The notes: generated by a model not told the origin, from the letters alone. A DNA stretch of 64,000 nucleotides from Amoebidium appalachense (GCA_963693365.1 CAVNZM010000016.1:1-64000); one strand, 5' to 3'. Positions 14,301-27,810 are shown, numbered from the stretch's first letter. Program-made: numbers and translations.

Positions 14301-14727
14301 GCCTCAACCATATTGCCAAATATGGCACTCGCAAGTGTATAACACCTAAATACATATTACCTTCCTGTAGAACTGGTCTTTCTCTAGCTGATGGTATTAT
14401 TGATCAATTACCACGCTTTTACTGTACACGTGCTATACAGTGGAGATCTAATAAGTATAAGGTGGCATCATTTGCATGCCCAAACAACACACACACACAC
14501 CAGTTTAACCGGTCATGTATCGCCAAATGTAGTTTGATAGACCACATAATACCGCAACACACACACGTCACATTCACAACAGACACCCAGAAAGATAGCC
14601 TACCTGTAAATTACAACATCCTTGATTTTATACTAAACACGCGTAACTACGACCTGTTTATTAGATGTATTGATTGGCTTGAGAAACACATCACTACAAA
14701 ATTATAGCGCACGCGCACACACACACA

Positions 14728-14766
<39 letters not shown>

Positions 14767-14798
14767 CCAGCTGATACCGAGTGTCCCGAGGGGAGCCC

Positions 14799-14874
<76 letters not shown>

Positions 14875-15068
14875 GGGGAACCCCAACTAATTGATTTCTC
14901 CTTGTAGTCTTTATGGTGTCTCGTAGAGAAAGTAAACCCTGATATATAGTCACCACCCGACATCTATGTACGTGATCATGATATACCGCTGAGGGGATAT
15001 TCCGAGCAAACCCCCCCCCCCATACCTGAGACTGGTTCTCTTTGCCTCGAGTAAACAGCGTAAACCCC
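11392..15068 (+). mobile_element. 5'-truncated APE-type LINE with intact ORF2
   Basis: TSD TCAACTATAAC 11381-11391 / 15069-15079; ORF1 3' end plus ORF2; ORF1 stop overlaps ORF2 start (ATGCCTAA). Confidence 0.92.
11513..14707 (+). CDS. LINE ORF2: APE endonuclease plus reverse transcriptase (1064 aa)
   Basis: WNAR, ICET, GDFN, SDHSP (APE); GPDG, FRPITL, DWKTAYDSV, QGSLLSP, YADD, YKYLG (RT). Confidence 0.95.
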   Translation: MPNLSFFFWNARTLGPQKGLPPGTLDDKISYIQQQTNNHTFTVICETQFKNHHKFNSTLVDTSTHPGYAKNRGIIVLAAPHVRVKCKPVAKTEFSVSIEFLSNVFTFVYYPPSMSVVELTHELSQLPMSTVILGDFNTRLHHTDTLQVSVGYPSKPPERAIPLARYVQSHTLRFPQISHAHNTDWGVAFWPSTMSKLSLPPKLSRSSDHSPILFLPKISLDLLPPPPPTFRLRLSQLKSQWGRVDVCVCYATKHPIYMRLLESAQARPDSHLVLDTCTNFIVDDLIDLGDYAGGGRKEYPDALLLPNTTPARLGEPLSQKESLRRLASMNRFGPPARIIGDTTGDPLIDSDKYFSELFKDRTPAQKPIVWPVDPSIPIESILPFFSPDAIWSVISSYSSSKSCGPDGLPAGFLKILVPSYPQKESDRAIKPDLTIMLSSLFSWCVKCGHVPSSWLDTLVIPIVKKDSEGPISSFRPITLTQVVRRFFEACLLRLFAHHPRFQSILHIHPCQSAFRKNNSCYVQIMALHDSMQVGAQYVGFIDWKTAYDSVSPGLLWEKLAARGVPHCIGVLLEALLSQTYGRAVVNGHLSYGFAPTRGLLQGSLLSPFLFNLFIDDLAVKIYAENDDPINNFPPALLYADDLSLLARTPRRLQRLFDVVSEWCKANLMILNIDKCGVLVPDIANNLHTFTLSSKPVPIVPEYKYLGVPVDSVGVMFPHMVEKRVELARKRLAFFSANIFKDTPLHPSIRLTFIRTFVFPACEYGLPLLAAWIKKERTRALKPLANFLEAEVASFLSNNCCKPGPVTLSIYGLVPIAARVSYLALKFNKHISRLKKYLPSHPLFSIRPVPSSPLPSFLPSLSPSPLGTNTNKPRNSVCVTLDCHLLIKHVHNHKIITQYNKWKKIPHDTRPDESIHLEKLSLMSRFIYTDRLNHIAKYGTRKCITPKYILPSCRTGLSLADGIIDQLPRFYCTRAIQWRSNKYKVASFACPNNTHTHQFNRSCIAKCSLIDHIIPQHTHVTFTTDTQKDSLPVNYNILDFILNTRNYDLFIRCIDWLEKHITTKL

Positions 15069-15992
15069 TCAACTATAACTCATCTATTATCTTTTACGTA
15101 GGGTTATGTCCCACTGGGGCGTGTCTGTCACTTCAAATATTTTCTAAGACAAATATTTTCTAAGACAAATATTTTTAAAGACATGTCCTCGGGACATGTC
15201 TTCACACAATTTATTCGAACTACGAAAACACACAAAATAAATACACAGACACACACAAAATAATAATAATAATAATAAAAATAATAAAAAGCTCTGTTAC
15301 TTTTTCTCTTCGCACACACACACACAAAAAAAAAGAAAAAAAGAAAAAAAAAAGAAAAGTCACTCTTTTGTGTGTGTGTGGGGGGGGGGGGGGGGGGGGA
15401 AGGAGTATAAAAGAGCAGCAACGAACATAAACAAAACTCAAAACAAGCAAACTATTATGCGGGTTTCTAAGAAGCTCCCAACATCATTAAACTAAACACA
15501 TGCTAATCCCTTGACAGAAGAGTAACAAGGTGTGTGTGTATGGGTATGAGGCCCAAAAAAAAAAAAAAGGACGCCCAACATGACAATATAAGGGGGGCAC
15601 TCTTACACCAAACCATACCATACCAAATGCCGGCAGAGTAATTAACAGGACAAAGAGCCGGTACCCACCTATGGGTGCTAAACATGCACATGATCATTCA
15701 TGTGCTATAAGAGCAACACAGAAACGAAACACGGAAACAACAGCAGCCATAGGACAAAGAACCAGACCCACAGGGTCTTGCCTCCATACTTTATTTACCT
15801 TAACAGGACAAAGAGCCGGTACCCACCTATGAAACGAAAAACGGAAACAACAGCAGCCATAGGACAAAGAGCCGGTACCCACCTCTAGATGATAACGTAG
15901 CCTTATAGCTGCTGATGACTTCATGGGCCAACCTTGCCAAAACCTGTAAAGGAACTCGAGCTAAGAATTAGCTCATCCTACTTGCGAGAAGT

Positions 15993-16024
<32 letters not shown>

Positions 16025-16882
16025 GAGGGGGCTGACTGAGAGTGGCAAAAAAAGAGTCGACAGAACCAACCTTAAACATAGTAAGGACGGAAACCCGGAC
16101 CAGAACTTATGAAGTCTAGAGAAGCAGAAAATAGCTTGAACGATCGGTGGAGGGGATGATAGCTATAGTGCTAACAGCAAAAGTAGTGCCCACAGTCGCT
16201 GGTTCATGAACGTGAAAGGCAACGTGCATCTGCAGCCAGCAGACACACGCACACGCACGCACGCACACACACATACACACACACACACACAGACACAGAC
16301 ACAGACCAGACAGACAAACGCCATATGCACAAAAGCAGGCAACACAAAACTAACCTTCAAGAAGAAGCTGCAGCATGCAGCATGGTCCAAAACAATCAGC
16401 ACGGTGGCTGCGCGATCTGCGGAGGGGATCTGTGACCAGGCGCTGCGGGAAGGGAACTGCGACCAGGCGACCTGCGGGAAGGGACCTGCGACCAGGCGAC
16501 CTGCGGGAAAGGACCTGCGGACCTGCGGGAAGGGGGAAGAGAAATGGAGAAAACAACGTGCGTACAGGCTTAAATGGAGAAAAAAATTGCAAACCGGATT
16601 GGGATTTAGCCAATCACTATTCGCCGCGCCTGATTAGGAAAAAGATAAAAATAGATTTCGGCTCGCGCGCGCGCGTGCATCAGCTTGGTGCCCTTAGCGC
16701 TACCCTTAGTGCCCTTAGTCACAACTATCAGACTATAGTTACGTGTCCTCCACTTCTTTGTTCTTGACCATTTTTTCGGCATGAAAGGGTTTCTGTTACT
16801 TCTTGCTGTCCTTCTTAGCGTGCTTGCTTGTCTTTTTTTCAACATGGGTGTCACTGGCGCTTTCGACTTCTTTGAAATCACA

Positions 16883-16913
<31 letters not shown>

Positions 16914-17444
16914 GCGCACGCGCGCACGCACACACACTCACACATGCACACTGCACACACACACACACACACACACACAGGCGCGCACACACAGGCACGC
17001 ACACACACACAGGCGCACACCTACACAACACACACAGCACATGCACACACAAGCGCACACACGCACACACCCTGTTATCCCTGATCATGATGCCCCCTCC
17101 CCCCTCCCTCTTCCCCCCCGCGCACCCCCCCCCCCCCCCCCCCACCCACCCCACCCACCCACCTACAAAGACGAAAACATTGTACATGTATTGCATACAC
17201 AAATATACTCGCACATATACATACACACATTCACTTTAATCTTTCAGGCTACATGTGCAATATACATTAATTATGCACAGTCGATAGAATTCGTTGTGAA
17301 CCCCCCCCCCCCCCCCCCCTCCCCCCTCCTCGTTCCCCCCATATGCAATGGGGATAATATTGTTTCCCGCTATTAATTAAAAAATCACCGTTCTAACTTC
17401 TTAAGACCGAACCACTTGTAACACCGACAGTTTCGGTTGTGTGG

Positions 17445-17484
<40 letters not shown>

Positions 17485-17594
17485 CCCACCCACCACCTTA
17501 CCAATATTGAGGTGTACACTGCCCCCACATCCCCAACTGTGTGCTGAATATCCCGTGCTAGGAAACCAATAACGTGAAAGTAACACATGCCGCA

Positions 17595-19507
17595 TGTGGG
17601 TAGTTATTGAAAAAACCAATAATGTCTAGGTAACATACCGTATGATGTACATATACTATGCTACAAAGGGGGTTCTATACGAGCTACAACGTTGTGTTTT
17701 TTTCGTGTGACCCTCGTACTCCAGGGGCACATTCACCATCCCCCCCATAAACTTTGTGGTAAAGTTCTCGTGCTAGAAGCTGTTCTGTGGGTAGTTATTG
17801 AAAAAACGAATAATGTCTAGGTAACACATGTACATATGCTATGCTACAAGGGGGGTTCTATTCGAGCTACAATGTTGTGTTTTTTTCGTGTGACCCTCGT
17901 ACTCCAGGGGCACATTCACCATCCACCCCATAAACGTTGTGGTAAATCTCTCGTCCTAGAGGCTGTTCTGTGGGTAGTTATTGAAAAACCAATAATGTCT
18001 AGGTAACATATATATGTACATATACTATGCTACAAGGGGGGTTCTATACGAGCTACAACGTTGTGTTTTTTTCGTGTGACCCTCGTACTCCAGGGGCACA
18101 TTCACCATCCCCCCCATAAACGTTGTGGTAAAGCTCTCGTGCTAGAAGCTGTTCTGTGGGTAGTTATTGAAAAAACCAATAATGTCTAGGTAACATACTA
18201 TGTACATATACTATGCTACAAGGGGGGTTCTATACGAGCTACAACGTTGTGCTTTTTTCGTGTGACCTTCGTACTCCAGGGGCACATTCACCATCCCCCC
18301 CATACACGTTGTGGTAAAGCTCTCGTGCTAGAAGCTGTTCTGTGGGTAGTTATTGAAAAAACGAATAATGTCTAGGTAACACATGTACTTATACTATGCT
18401 ACAAGGGGGGTTCTATTCGAGCTACAATGTTGTGTTTTTTTCGTGTGACCCTCGTACTCCAGGGGCACATTCACCATCCACCCCATAAACTTTGTGGTAA
18501 ATCTCTCGTGCTAGAGGCTGTTCTGTGGGTAGCTATTGAAAAACCAATAATGTCTAGGTAACATATGTACATATACTATGCTACAAGGGGGGTTCTATAC
18601 GAGCTACAACGTTGTGTTTTCTTCGTGTGACCCTCGTACTCCAGGGGCACATTCACCATCCCCCCCATAAACGTTGTGGTAAAGCTCTCGTGCTAGAAGC
18701 TGTTCTGTGGGTAGTTATTGAAAAAACCAATAATGTCTAGGTAACATACTATGTACATATACTATGCTACAAGGGGGGTTCTATACGAGCTACAACGTTG
18801 TGTTTTTTTCGTGTGACCCTTGTACTCCAGGGGCACATTCAACATCCCCCCCATACACGTTGTGGTAAATGTCTCGTGCTAGAAGCTGTTCTGTGGGTAG
18901 TTATTGAAACAACCAATAATGTCTAGGTAACACATGGACATATACTATGCTACAAGGGGGGTCTATTCGAGCTACAACATTGTGTTTTTTTCGTGTGACC
19001 CTCGTACTCCAGGGGCACATTCACCATCTCCCCCATAAACTTTGTGGTAAATGTCTCGTGCTAGAAGCTGTTCTGTGGGTAGTTATTGAAAAAACCAATA
19101 ATGTCTAGGTAACATACTATGTACATATACTATGCTACAAGGGGGGTTCTATACGAGCTACAACGTTGTGTTTTTTTCGTGTGACCCTCGTACTCCAGGG
19201 GCACATTCACCATCCCCCCCATAAACTTTGTGGTAAAGCTCTCGTGCTAGAAGCTGTTCTGTGGGTAGTTATTGAAAAAACGAATAATGTCTAGGTAACA
19301 CATGTACTTATACTATGCTACAAGGGGGGTTCTATTCGAGCTACAAGGTTGTGTTTTTTTCGTGTGACCCTCGTACTCCAGGGGCACATTTACCATCCCC
19401 CCCATAAACGTTGTGGTAAATTTCTCGTGCTAGAGGCTGTTCTGTGGGTAGTTATTGAAAAACCAATAATGTCTAGGTAACATATGTACATATACTATGC
19501 TACAAGG
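17595..19507. repeat. ~185-bp tandem satellite, about 10.3 units
   Basis: Unit start tgtgggtagttattgaaaa recurs at ~17595, 17786, 17969, 18155, 18341, 18524, 18706, 18892, 19074, 19260, 19443. Confidence 0.95.
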
Positions 19508-19618
19508 TGCTACAAGGGAGGAGATATTTTATGAACGGGAGAGTGAGCCGAGAATGTGTAGATAAAGAACAGAGGAATATCGAGGCAACCGTGGTGTACC
19601 CTGTCTTTATGTGAACAC

Positions 19619-19650
<32 letters not shown>

Positions 19651-19717
19651 CTCGCGCGTTCGTGTCTACCGATGTACGTGCACACGGGCATGTGTTTGGG
19701 TGTGTGTATGTACGTGT

Positions 19718-19771
<54 letters not shown>

Positions 19772-19797
19772 AGGTGCGCATGGTAACGTGTGTGTGG

Positions 19798-19875
<78 letters not shown>

Positions 19876-19908
19876 CAACGTGCCTGTGTGTGTGTGTGTG
19901 TGTGTGGC

Positions 19909-19939
<31 letters not shown>

Positions 19940-22664
19940 AGGGCAACGTGTCTGTCTGTGTGTGTGTATCTCTCTCTGTGTGTGTGTGTTTGTGTGTGTG
20001 TGTGTGGCAGCGTGCGTGTCTCGCTGTGTGTGTGTGTGTGTGTGTGTGTCATGATTGACGACATAGGTTCAGAAGAAGAGTGTGTATCACTACGTTGCAG
20101 TTTTCACATACTTTGTAGTTCACGCGCGCGGAGGCATAATGTTAACGTGCGTTACCGGTTATAGAAAGCACAAGCGTAACTAGCGTTTTATATCATAAAT
20201 AGTCATAAAATGGTAACGTTCATTATAACTACGATGCATGAGAATAGAATGATATCAACAATACATACATTAGATATCGTACGGATATCTTGCGATATAT
20301 CATCTGGTGTCCGGAGAATGTGCACGTGCCTGTGATGTGCACCCGCCCTAATGCAGTAAGGTATTGTTTTCAGGCGCTAATAAACCTTCAAAGGTGGTAA
20401 CATCCTCGGAACACACAAAATATAAAATTGCAATAAATAACCATTTTCCTGCTTCGATGCTCGAAATTGGTACTATGTAGTTACTAGATTGCTCTATTTT
20501 GCCTAGTGTTTAGTGTTTCGGACGTTCGCAATTTACACTCTGCCACATGGCACTTGCCAAATGGGGTAATTTAGTTTTATTTGCGGCCGTTGTGGTTGCG
20601 TGTTTATCTAACAAATATCATTATGAGATGTTTATGACCCCTGTGGGATATGTACAAGATCAGACCATAGAAGATCAGGTCGTTGCGATGTCGTAAAGAT
20701 GGCAGAAACATATCTTCATTAGATGTATGCGATAATCTCAATTAAACATGAAACGTGATTGGCTGATCACAGTTGGGTGACCCTGAGCATGCCGTTTTGA
20801 AGAATAACAACCAATCAAAATCGGGTTTGCCATTTTGTGATTTTCGTCCCACAATCGAACGGAAAAGTGATTTCCTGGCCCTATATAAATGGCCATGCCA
20901 CCATCACATTCAGATGGCCGCAATGAGCCCCGCAATGCCCCGTGTGAGTAATTGGCGGGTTTCCCAACGATTGCTCAGCTGGCTTGATCACAAAAATTTT
21001 CTTTGCGCGTATATCGCAACCATTCTCATCGGACATCTAAAGGATTTTTCGATTGTTCTTCTGATATCTTTCTAATATCCACAATGCTGCCGTTTAGATA
21101 TCACATTGATGTACTTACAAAAGACACTGACCTTCTACTGCACGGATGTTCTTCTGATATCTTTCTAATATCCACAATACTGCCGCTTAGATATCACTGG
21201 GATGGCAAGCTTATGTATCATATACTTATGAATTCGATATATAAATATATCCCTATGCGGATATCGCAATGATAATCTAAGGGCCTCTAAAAGATATGTA
21301 GATGATACCTCGTGGACTACTGCTCTGGACAGATTAGGATATTCAAATGATAGGTTACAGCATATCACATTGATGTACATAGCGACATCTTACCGATATC
21401 AATCACACAACACACTAGTCTTTATTTAGATATATCAGGTACATATCCTTACGACGTGTACAAAGATATGAATTAGATATCGTAGCTTGGGCCTGCAAAG
21501 AGGCAGTTGTGATATGTTTGAGATGTAGGACCAAAAACAGATAACATATTGAATATAAAAGGGATATCAAAAAGAATATCAAAAGGATACCCACAATGCT
21601 GCCGTTTTAGACAGAGCGGGATATTCAAATGATAAGTTACAGCATATCACATTGATGTACATAGGGGCATCTTACACATACCAATCACATATATCACAAG
21701 TCTTTATTTAGATATATTTGGTACATATCCTTACGACATGTACAATGATATGAATTAGATATCATATCTTGGGCCTGTGGACAAAGGGATATCCGAAAGG
21801 ATATCAAAAGGATGTCTTCAACATGCCTACTGGTTGTGTACAAGGGTATCTTCTGGATTACCCCCATGGGCGCATAACGATATCAAAAAAATGGTTGTAG
21901 GTACATCACAACGATGTCCAGACGATATCAAAACAACATCTGTATTATATTCAATTTATAAGCATACATGTTATCCATCAGATATCACGTGGATATCAAT
22001 TTGTATTGTCCCACGACATCAGGTAGATATCGTCATGTAATGCGTATTGGATGGGATTAAGATATTCTATAATGAGGGATATCTGTAGGCTATAACAAAG
22101 ACATCTAACAGATATCGTTTGGGGCACCAATATCCTAAACGTATGTGAAACATATCCAAAAGAGCTATTATGACCTTGCTAACATACATATCACTAGGAT
22201 AGCATATGGATATCATAATGCTATGAGGAAATTTTGAGATTTTCGGTCAAAAACCAAAACCATCTTGGTTTTCTATGATATCGTAAGGATATCGTAAGGA
22301 TATCAGCAAAGGATGGGTTTCGGATATGCGCCATACCATAACCAATCCGAACCCTATCAAAGATATCATTGATAGGGATCTGATGGGTTCTATCCGGGAA
22401 TTCTATGATATCTTGTCAGGCTCTTTTTGACGTATTTAGGGTGGGGTTTGGTATGCCATATATCAAAATGATATATAAGATGGGTTTCGGATGCCGGATG
22501 AAGTTTGCTGATGTCTAACACCCCCTAAAAAGACATAGACTAATCAGTCTCCTAAAAAACTTAAATTAAATAAATTACGAAGAAAAATAATAAATTAATC
22601 TACACCATAAGCTTGATACCTACGGAGACACCTATGATAATAAATTAAATTCCTACGACTACGT

Positions 22665-24720
22665 TCACACTCCCCCTCGGTCTCCTCCCCCCCCTCCCCC
22701 TCCCCCCGTGTGTCTACGTGTATTTGCATCACTCCCCCCCCCGGCCCCCTCCCCCACCGACTTTTTCACACCACGATTAAACTGAGGAATAACTCTCTTC
22801 GGCCTAGAGGGAGCACTAGGCAACTCCCTCTGCACTAATCTAGCCTCATAAGCACGAATAGAAAACGGGCAATCCAAATGAAACTCAGGCAACCACTGAT
22901 CTTCCTGATAACCACCCTCAAAACGAATTAAATAATAATTTACCTTACCTTCCTTACCTTCGATAACCTTTTTATCCATAATTTTATCTACTGCAGCCTC
23001 CGATACATCCACCGACCCGTCATAGTCGGGGGTGAATGCATCTAACACTCTACGGCCCTCCGGCCGTTTTACCCTAAGGGCCCTATCATAATATTCCTTT
23101 ATATCATCTACATTATAAAATCTAACATCACTCTCATTATCTAACCTCTGCACCTTATATGCCGTCGGACCTAACCTAGCCACTATTTTATACGGGCCAA
23201 TGAAAAGAGGCAACCATTTCTTACCATACTTACGAAGACCTTCACCTTCACCCTTACCTTCCTGCTCCTGCTTATATCTCTTTTTCCTAGTATGATCCCT
23301 AATTAAAACTAAAGTACCCTCGGCAAATTCACGTAACAGACGTGTGGACACGTCTGCACGTGTCTGTGCCTGCTGTGTACGGGCCAGAGCTGCATCACGT
23401 GCAGCCCGGGCCCGGGTTAGTAGCTGCTCCCGGAACTCAGTCCAGTGGGGATAAGTTAGTCGGTCAGCCCCCCCCATCGGCAAAAGTGCCGTATCTAACA
23501 AACTCATAGCCTCCTGCCCATAGACCAAATAAAACGGAGAAAAACCAGTCACAGCATGAGGGGTAGAATTATATGAATGAGCAATAAACCTAGACATATG
23601 ATCCCAATCATTAGCCTCCACATCCACCATTTTGCCAAAGGACTTCTGAAACACTGCATGCACACGTTCAGAGATGGCATTTGCTTGAGGGTGATATGCA
23701 GACGTAGTGATATGAGCTACCCTTAAAATTTTGCACACCTCCGACACCAACTGATTTAAAAACACACGACTCCTATCCGTTAACAAAACACGAGGACAAC
23801 CAAACCTAAGACAAATTTCATCCACAAAAATACGAGCAAACAAAACGGCATTAGCAGTGGGGAGAGAAAAAACTTCAACCCAACGAGTGGCCACATCGGT
23901 GACGGTAACAAGAACAGTGTTACCCTCAACCGTAGAATTAAAAGGACCGACCACATCCACTGCTACCCTTTCAAACATACAAACATTAAAATCCCTAATA
24001 AACGACGGGCGGGAACGAGAGTGGGGACTCTCATTCCTTTCCTGACAATGCATGCATGACAACACATAATCCCTCACCTCCCTACTCATACCCGGCCAAA
24101 AATACGAACGATTAACACGAAGCAACGTCCTATTTACACCTAAATGACCAGCCATGGGATGCTCATGCACCATATGCAAAACCTCAGGCACAAGTGCCGT
24201 CGGGACCCAAACTCGGTGTCCGTCTGGCCCAGAACAATGATAAACTAAATCCTGCTCTACCTGACACATTTTTGCTAACTTAGCTACCTTAATCATCTGC
24301 CTTTTATTTTTAAATTTAATCGAATCAACCGGCCCCTTTAAATAATTCTTAACCAGACCAATCAACACATCTTCCTCCTGAGCTAAGATCAAAGCCGTAG
24401 GTGCTAAGGCAGGGGCCGAGCCATGAGACTCGGTCCCGACCTCAGACACTGACAAATACCTCCCCTCCCCTCCCCTACACTTATAAGCAAGCAACCCCGG
24501 AACCCAAGAAGACACATCAACAGACACAGCATCTATTCCTTTCTGCTCACTCCCCCCCCCCCCCCTTCCCCCCTCCCCCCCCCGTCTCTCACTATCCCCC
24601 CCCTCCCCCTCCTTCTCTTCTTCAAACAAAATATAAGCAGCACGAGAGAGAGCATCACAGTCAACCATTGTTTCACCCTTGGCATAAAACAATTTATAGG
24701 AGAACTCACCGAGAGCCGCG
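22665..24720 (-). CDS. Gypsy pol C-terminus: integrase plus chromodomain
   Basis: HEHPMAGHLG...C..C, VDVVGP, TDR, YHPQANAISER, FIGPYKI (GPY/F), YYLIRFEG...QWLPEFHLDC chromodomain. Confidence 0.92.
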
Positions 24721-24721
24721 G

Positions 24722-25202
24722 TGTAAACAACTGTACACATGAACTGTACATGTTTACTAAAGAATGTGATCTACTAGCACACGATTCGTGCTTTGTCATG
24801 AATATCACATAAATATTATGTCCGCACCAATAGGACTCACTCTGACCTAAGAATTGAACCATATATGGTTCTTCCGCTGCATACCACATAAACGAAGTGA
24901 ACCAATAAGAGGTTTGCATAAATAGGACGAAGGTCTGACTGGCTCGGACCGCACCAGAATCACGAATGGCATGTTGCCACCCGCGCTGGCCGCGGATGAA
25001 CCAATCCTGGGCCTTGATCCGAAACCTGGGGGCTATATAACAAAGCCGTCCCAGTACGGGGATCACATCAGTGAAGTCTTGAGACAGACTGAGTCGGCCC
25101 ATAGTAAAAGCAACCTGGCCGCGTGTGCCTTTCTACCCGTTCTCTGTCTTTATTTTGATTCAGTTGTACTCTGCCTTATCCTAACTAGTCCAACTGTTTA
25201 CA
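24722..25202. mobile_element. Solo LTR of another family inserted in Gypsy pol
   Basis: TGTAAACA...TGTTTACA ends; 5-bp TSD CGCGG 24717-24721 / 25203-25207; TATA-like ctatataa at ~25033; removal restores WAAALGEF. Confidence 0.85.
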
Positions 25203-27810
25203 CGCGGCCCACTTCTGCATCCTCTCGTTGACCAGACGAGTGGTGCCGGCCATGGCTAGGCAGGGCTTGTGGTCGGTGTAGACCTCAAACGTCCTGCCTG
25301 CGAGTATATACCTCCATGCCTGTGAGACTGCCCAAAAGATAGCATGGGACTCTCTCTCTGGATTGCTATATCTACGTTCACTTTTACTAAATGAACGACT
25401 AGCATAAGCAATCACCCTATCCTGCCCCTCCTGCACTTGATATAACACGGCCCCCTCAGCAACCTTACTTGCATCACACCGAACTTTAAACATCCCCCCC
25501 CCGGCCGAAAAATCAGGATGAACAAGCATACTCGAAGACTGCAAAGCTAACTTAAGCTTTTCGAAAGCAGAAACAGCATCAACATTCCAATCTATTCTAC
25601 TCTTCTTCTCCCCCCCCGTCTGACTAGTTAACGGCAAAGCAAGCATACTATAATCCTTAATATAACGACGAAGATAATTAGTCAAACCTAAAAATTGCCT
25701 TAGTTGAGTGACAGTCTGAGGACGGGGCCACTCAACTATGGCCCGGATTTTCTCCGGATCAGGGGAAAGACCATTACTAGACACAATATGACCTAAAAAC
25801 TTAACCTCCGGCACACCAATCACAGTCTTGCTACCGCTAATACGGAGACCAGACTCACCCAAAGCTAAAAATACTTTTTCACAATTATTAACTAACTCCT
25901 CAAATGACCTACCTTTAATTAAAACATCATCCAAATAAGGGTGGCATACGTCCAAATGAGGGTGGAGAATTTTATACATTACCCGGCACAACATAGCTGG
26001 AGAGGAGAGCAAACCCATCGGCACCACCTTGTACTGGAACAGCTGGTCACCCAGTGCAAAGGCAGTCTTCTCCTTGCTGCTCTCCTCCAACCTTATCTGC
26101 CAAAAAGCTGCTTTTAAATCAAGTTTAGCAAAGTGAGTATAGCCGTGCAGCTGTGAAAGCTGCTCGTCTATGTTAGGGAGAGGCCATTGGTCTGCCTTAG
26201 TGATCCGATTCAGAGCCCTGTAATCGTTCACTAGACGCCAAGACCCGTCGGGATTCTTAACCAATAGCACCGGACTTCTCCACGGACTCGAACTATGCTC
26301 CACATGACCCTTTTTTAACATATCACTCACTATTATTAGTGCATCGACAATTTATACTGCTCCATTCTATAGCTAGGCATCACTACCGGCCTATTATCAC
26401 CTGTGTCGATCTGCATTTCAAACCCTTTAACGAAGCCTACTTCGTTATCATCGGCCAGAAATGCAAACCGAGTCCTATCAAATAACTTAGCTAGCAATTT
26501 TTTCTGTTCTACCGTCCAATCCCCCTCCTTCATACCAAACGGCAATACTAACTCCGGCTTACCCCCATCACAAGTGGATGCATCCTTATTCACCGGAGTG
26601 CCACTTAACATTTCACCTCCTGTATTACATCGGTGCTGCTCGGGGTGAGGTTGAGGTACCTCCGGATATAGGCGGTCACCCTTAGCACCCCCCCCTCCCC
26701 CCGGCACACCAATGCCCCCGGGCAATTCCTGTTGAGTTAGTGCATGTATGTGGGGGGCCAGGTCTGTGGCCACCCTGCCCCCCACGGTGTTGGTTAACCC
26801 GTCAGATCCACGGGTTAGACCAACACCCTCCCCCCCTGCCTGCACATTCTCACACCCGGGGTGACCCTCCTTCCTCTTGGGGGTCGGGGGAGTGGGACCG
26901 GTGCTGTCCCGGTCCCCCCCCCCATCGTGTCGGGTGACATTTTGGTGGCTAACGTTAAATAAAGTTGTTCCCCCTCCTCCTGAGTCACCCTTCGAGCCGG
27001 CATCCTCCTTTTGGGTAATAAGAGAGACCTCTATACTACCAATCTCATTAGTGAAACTACCGACGGAAACACCTGACCTAATCACTATAGGCTCGATGCC
27101 CGGATTCACTAATTCTATTTCTATGTCTTATCCGGCCATACCCTACTAAGGGTCCATTGGGCCACCTCCTGAAATGGGGTTTTCGGAGTAAAAACCCCTA
27201 AATCCCCTATCCTAACATGATTGCCGGCCCGGACACGTACCGTTTTGCACTGATAAGTCTCGATTACTACTTCAGCTACCGTTCTAGCACCAGACTGATA
27301 ACCGTCGAGCCCATCATGGGTTTTAATTTTAACGCCGGACTGCAATTCTAAAACATTCGTACGTTCAAACAAAGCATTCACATGTCTACGGAAAAATGGG
27401 GCTCCCAACAAAACACTTTGAGCTAAATCCTTAACCACATAACAAGCAATATGCATAGCCTGGCCACCTATCTCACACGGCAACACACAAACACCTTCCA
27501 CAGACATACTACTATTATTAGCACTACCTAAGGCTGTGCTAGAAGCATCTAAAATAGGAATTTCCCCCCCGGCCTGATTAAACCGACGAATAAACGAAGC
27601 ATGCACACAATTAACCTGAGCCCCTCCATCAAGCAAAGCAACAGCCTTCAACTTACCATCAGCTAACCATACGTCTATATAATGCCGGCTAAAACCAACT
27701 AAATCCTCCTCCAATTCAAGCAACACATCATCACTCACACCCAATCCCTGCCCACGAAGACTCACACCCTCGATACCTACGTGCAACATACCTACCTGTG
27801 GTGCCTGCAC
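25203..27810 (-). pseudogene. Gypsy pol protease-RT-RNase H, disrupted
   Basis: LLDGGAQ protease; SPWRSP, DYRALN, YLDD, FLGH, CDAS, TDHKP; frame breaks near 27130 and 26340. Confidence 0.9.

Larger units (their letters stand above)
9774..22513. mobile_element. Non-autonomous CACTA/EnSpm-like TIR element
   Basis: Perfect 34-bp TIR CATCAGCAAACTTCATCCGGCATCCGAAACCCAT (9774-9807 / 22480-22513); TC on both flanks (2-bp TSD); long GATATC-rich degenerate subterminal repeats; no transposase ORF seen. Confidence 0.72.

Noticed and set aside
14765-15068. Hammerhead or HDV ribozyme in the LINE 3' region
   Set aside because: CTGATACCGAG and GAAC only loosely resemble the CUGANGA/GAAA core; no convincing three-stem fold found by eye
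17595-19507. CRISPR-like array
   Set aside because: Whole ~185-bp units repeat with no unique spacers; eukaryotic context and no cas genes
24721-25203. MITE with 9-bp TIR and 3-bp TSD
   Set aside because: TG...CA ends with a 5-bp CGCGG TSD and a TATA-like box fit a solo LTR better
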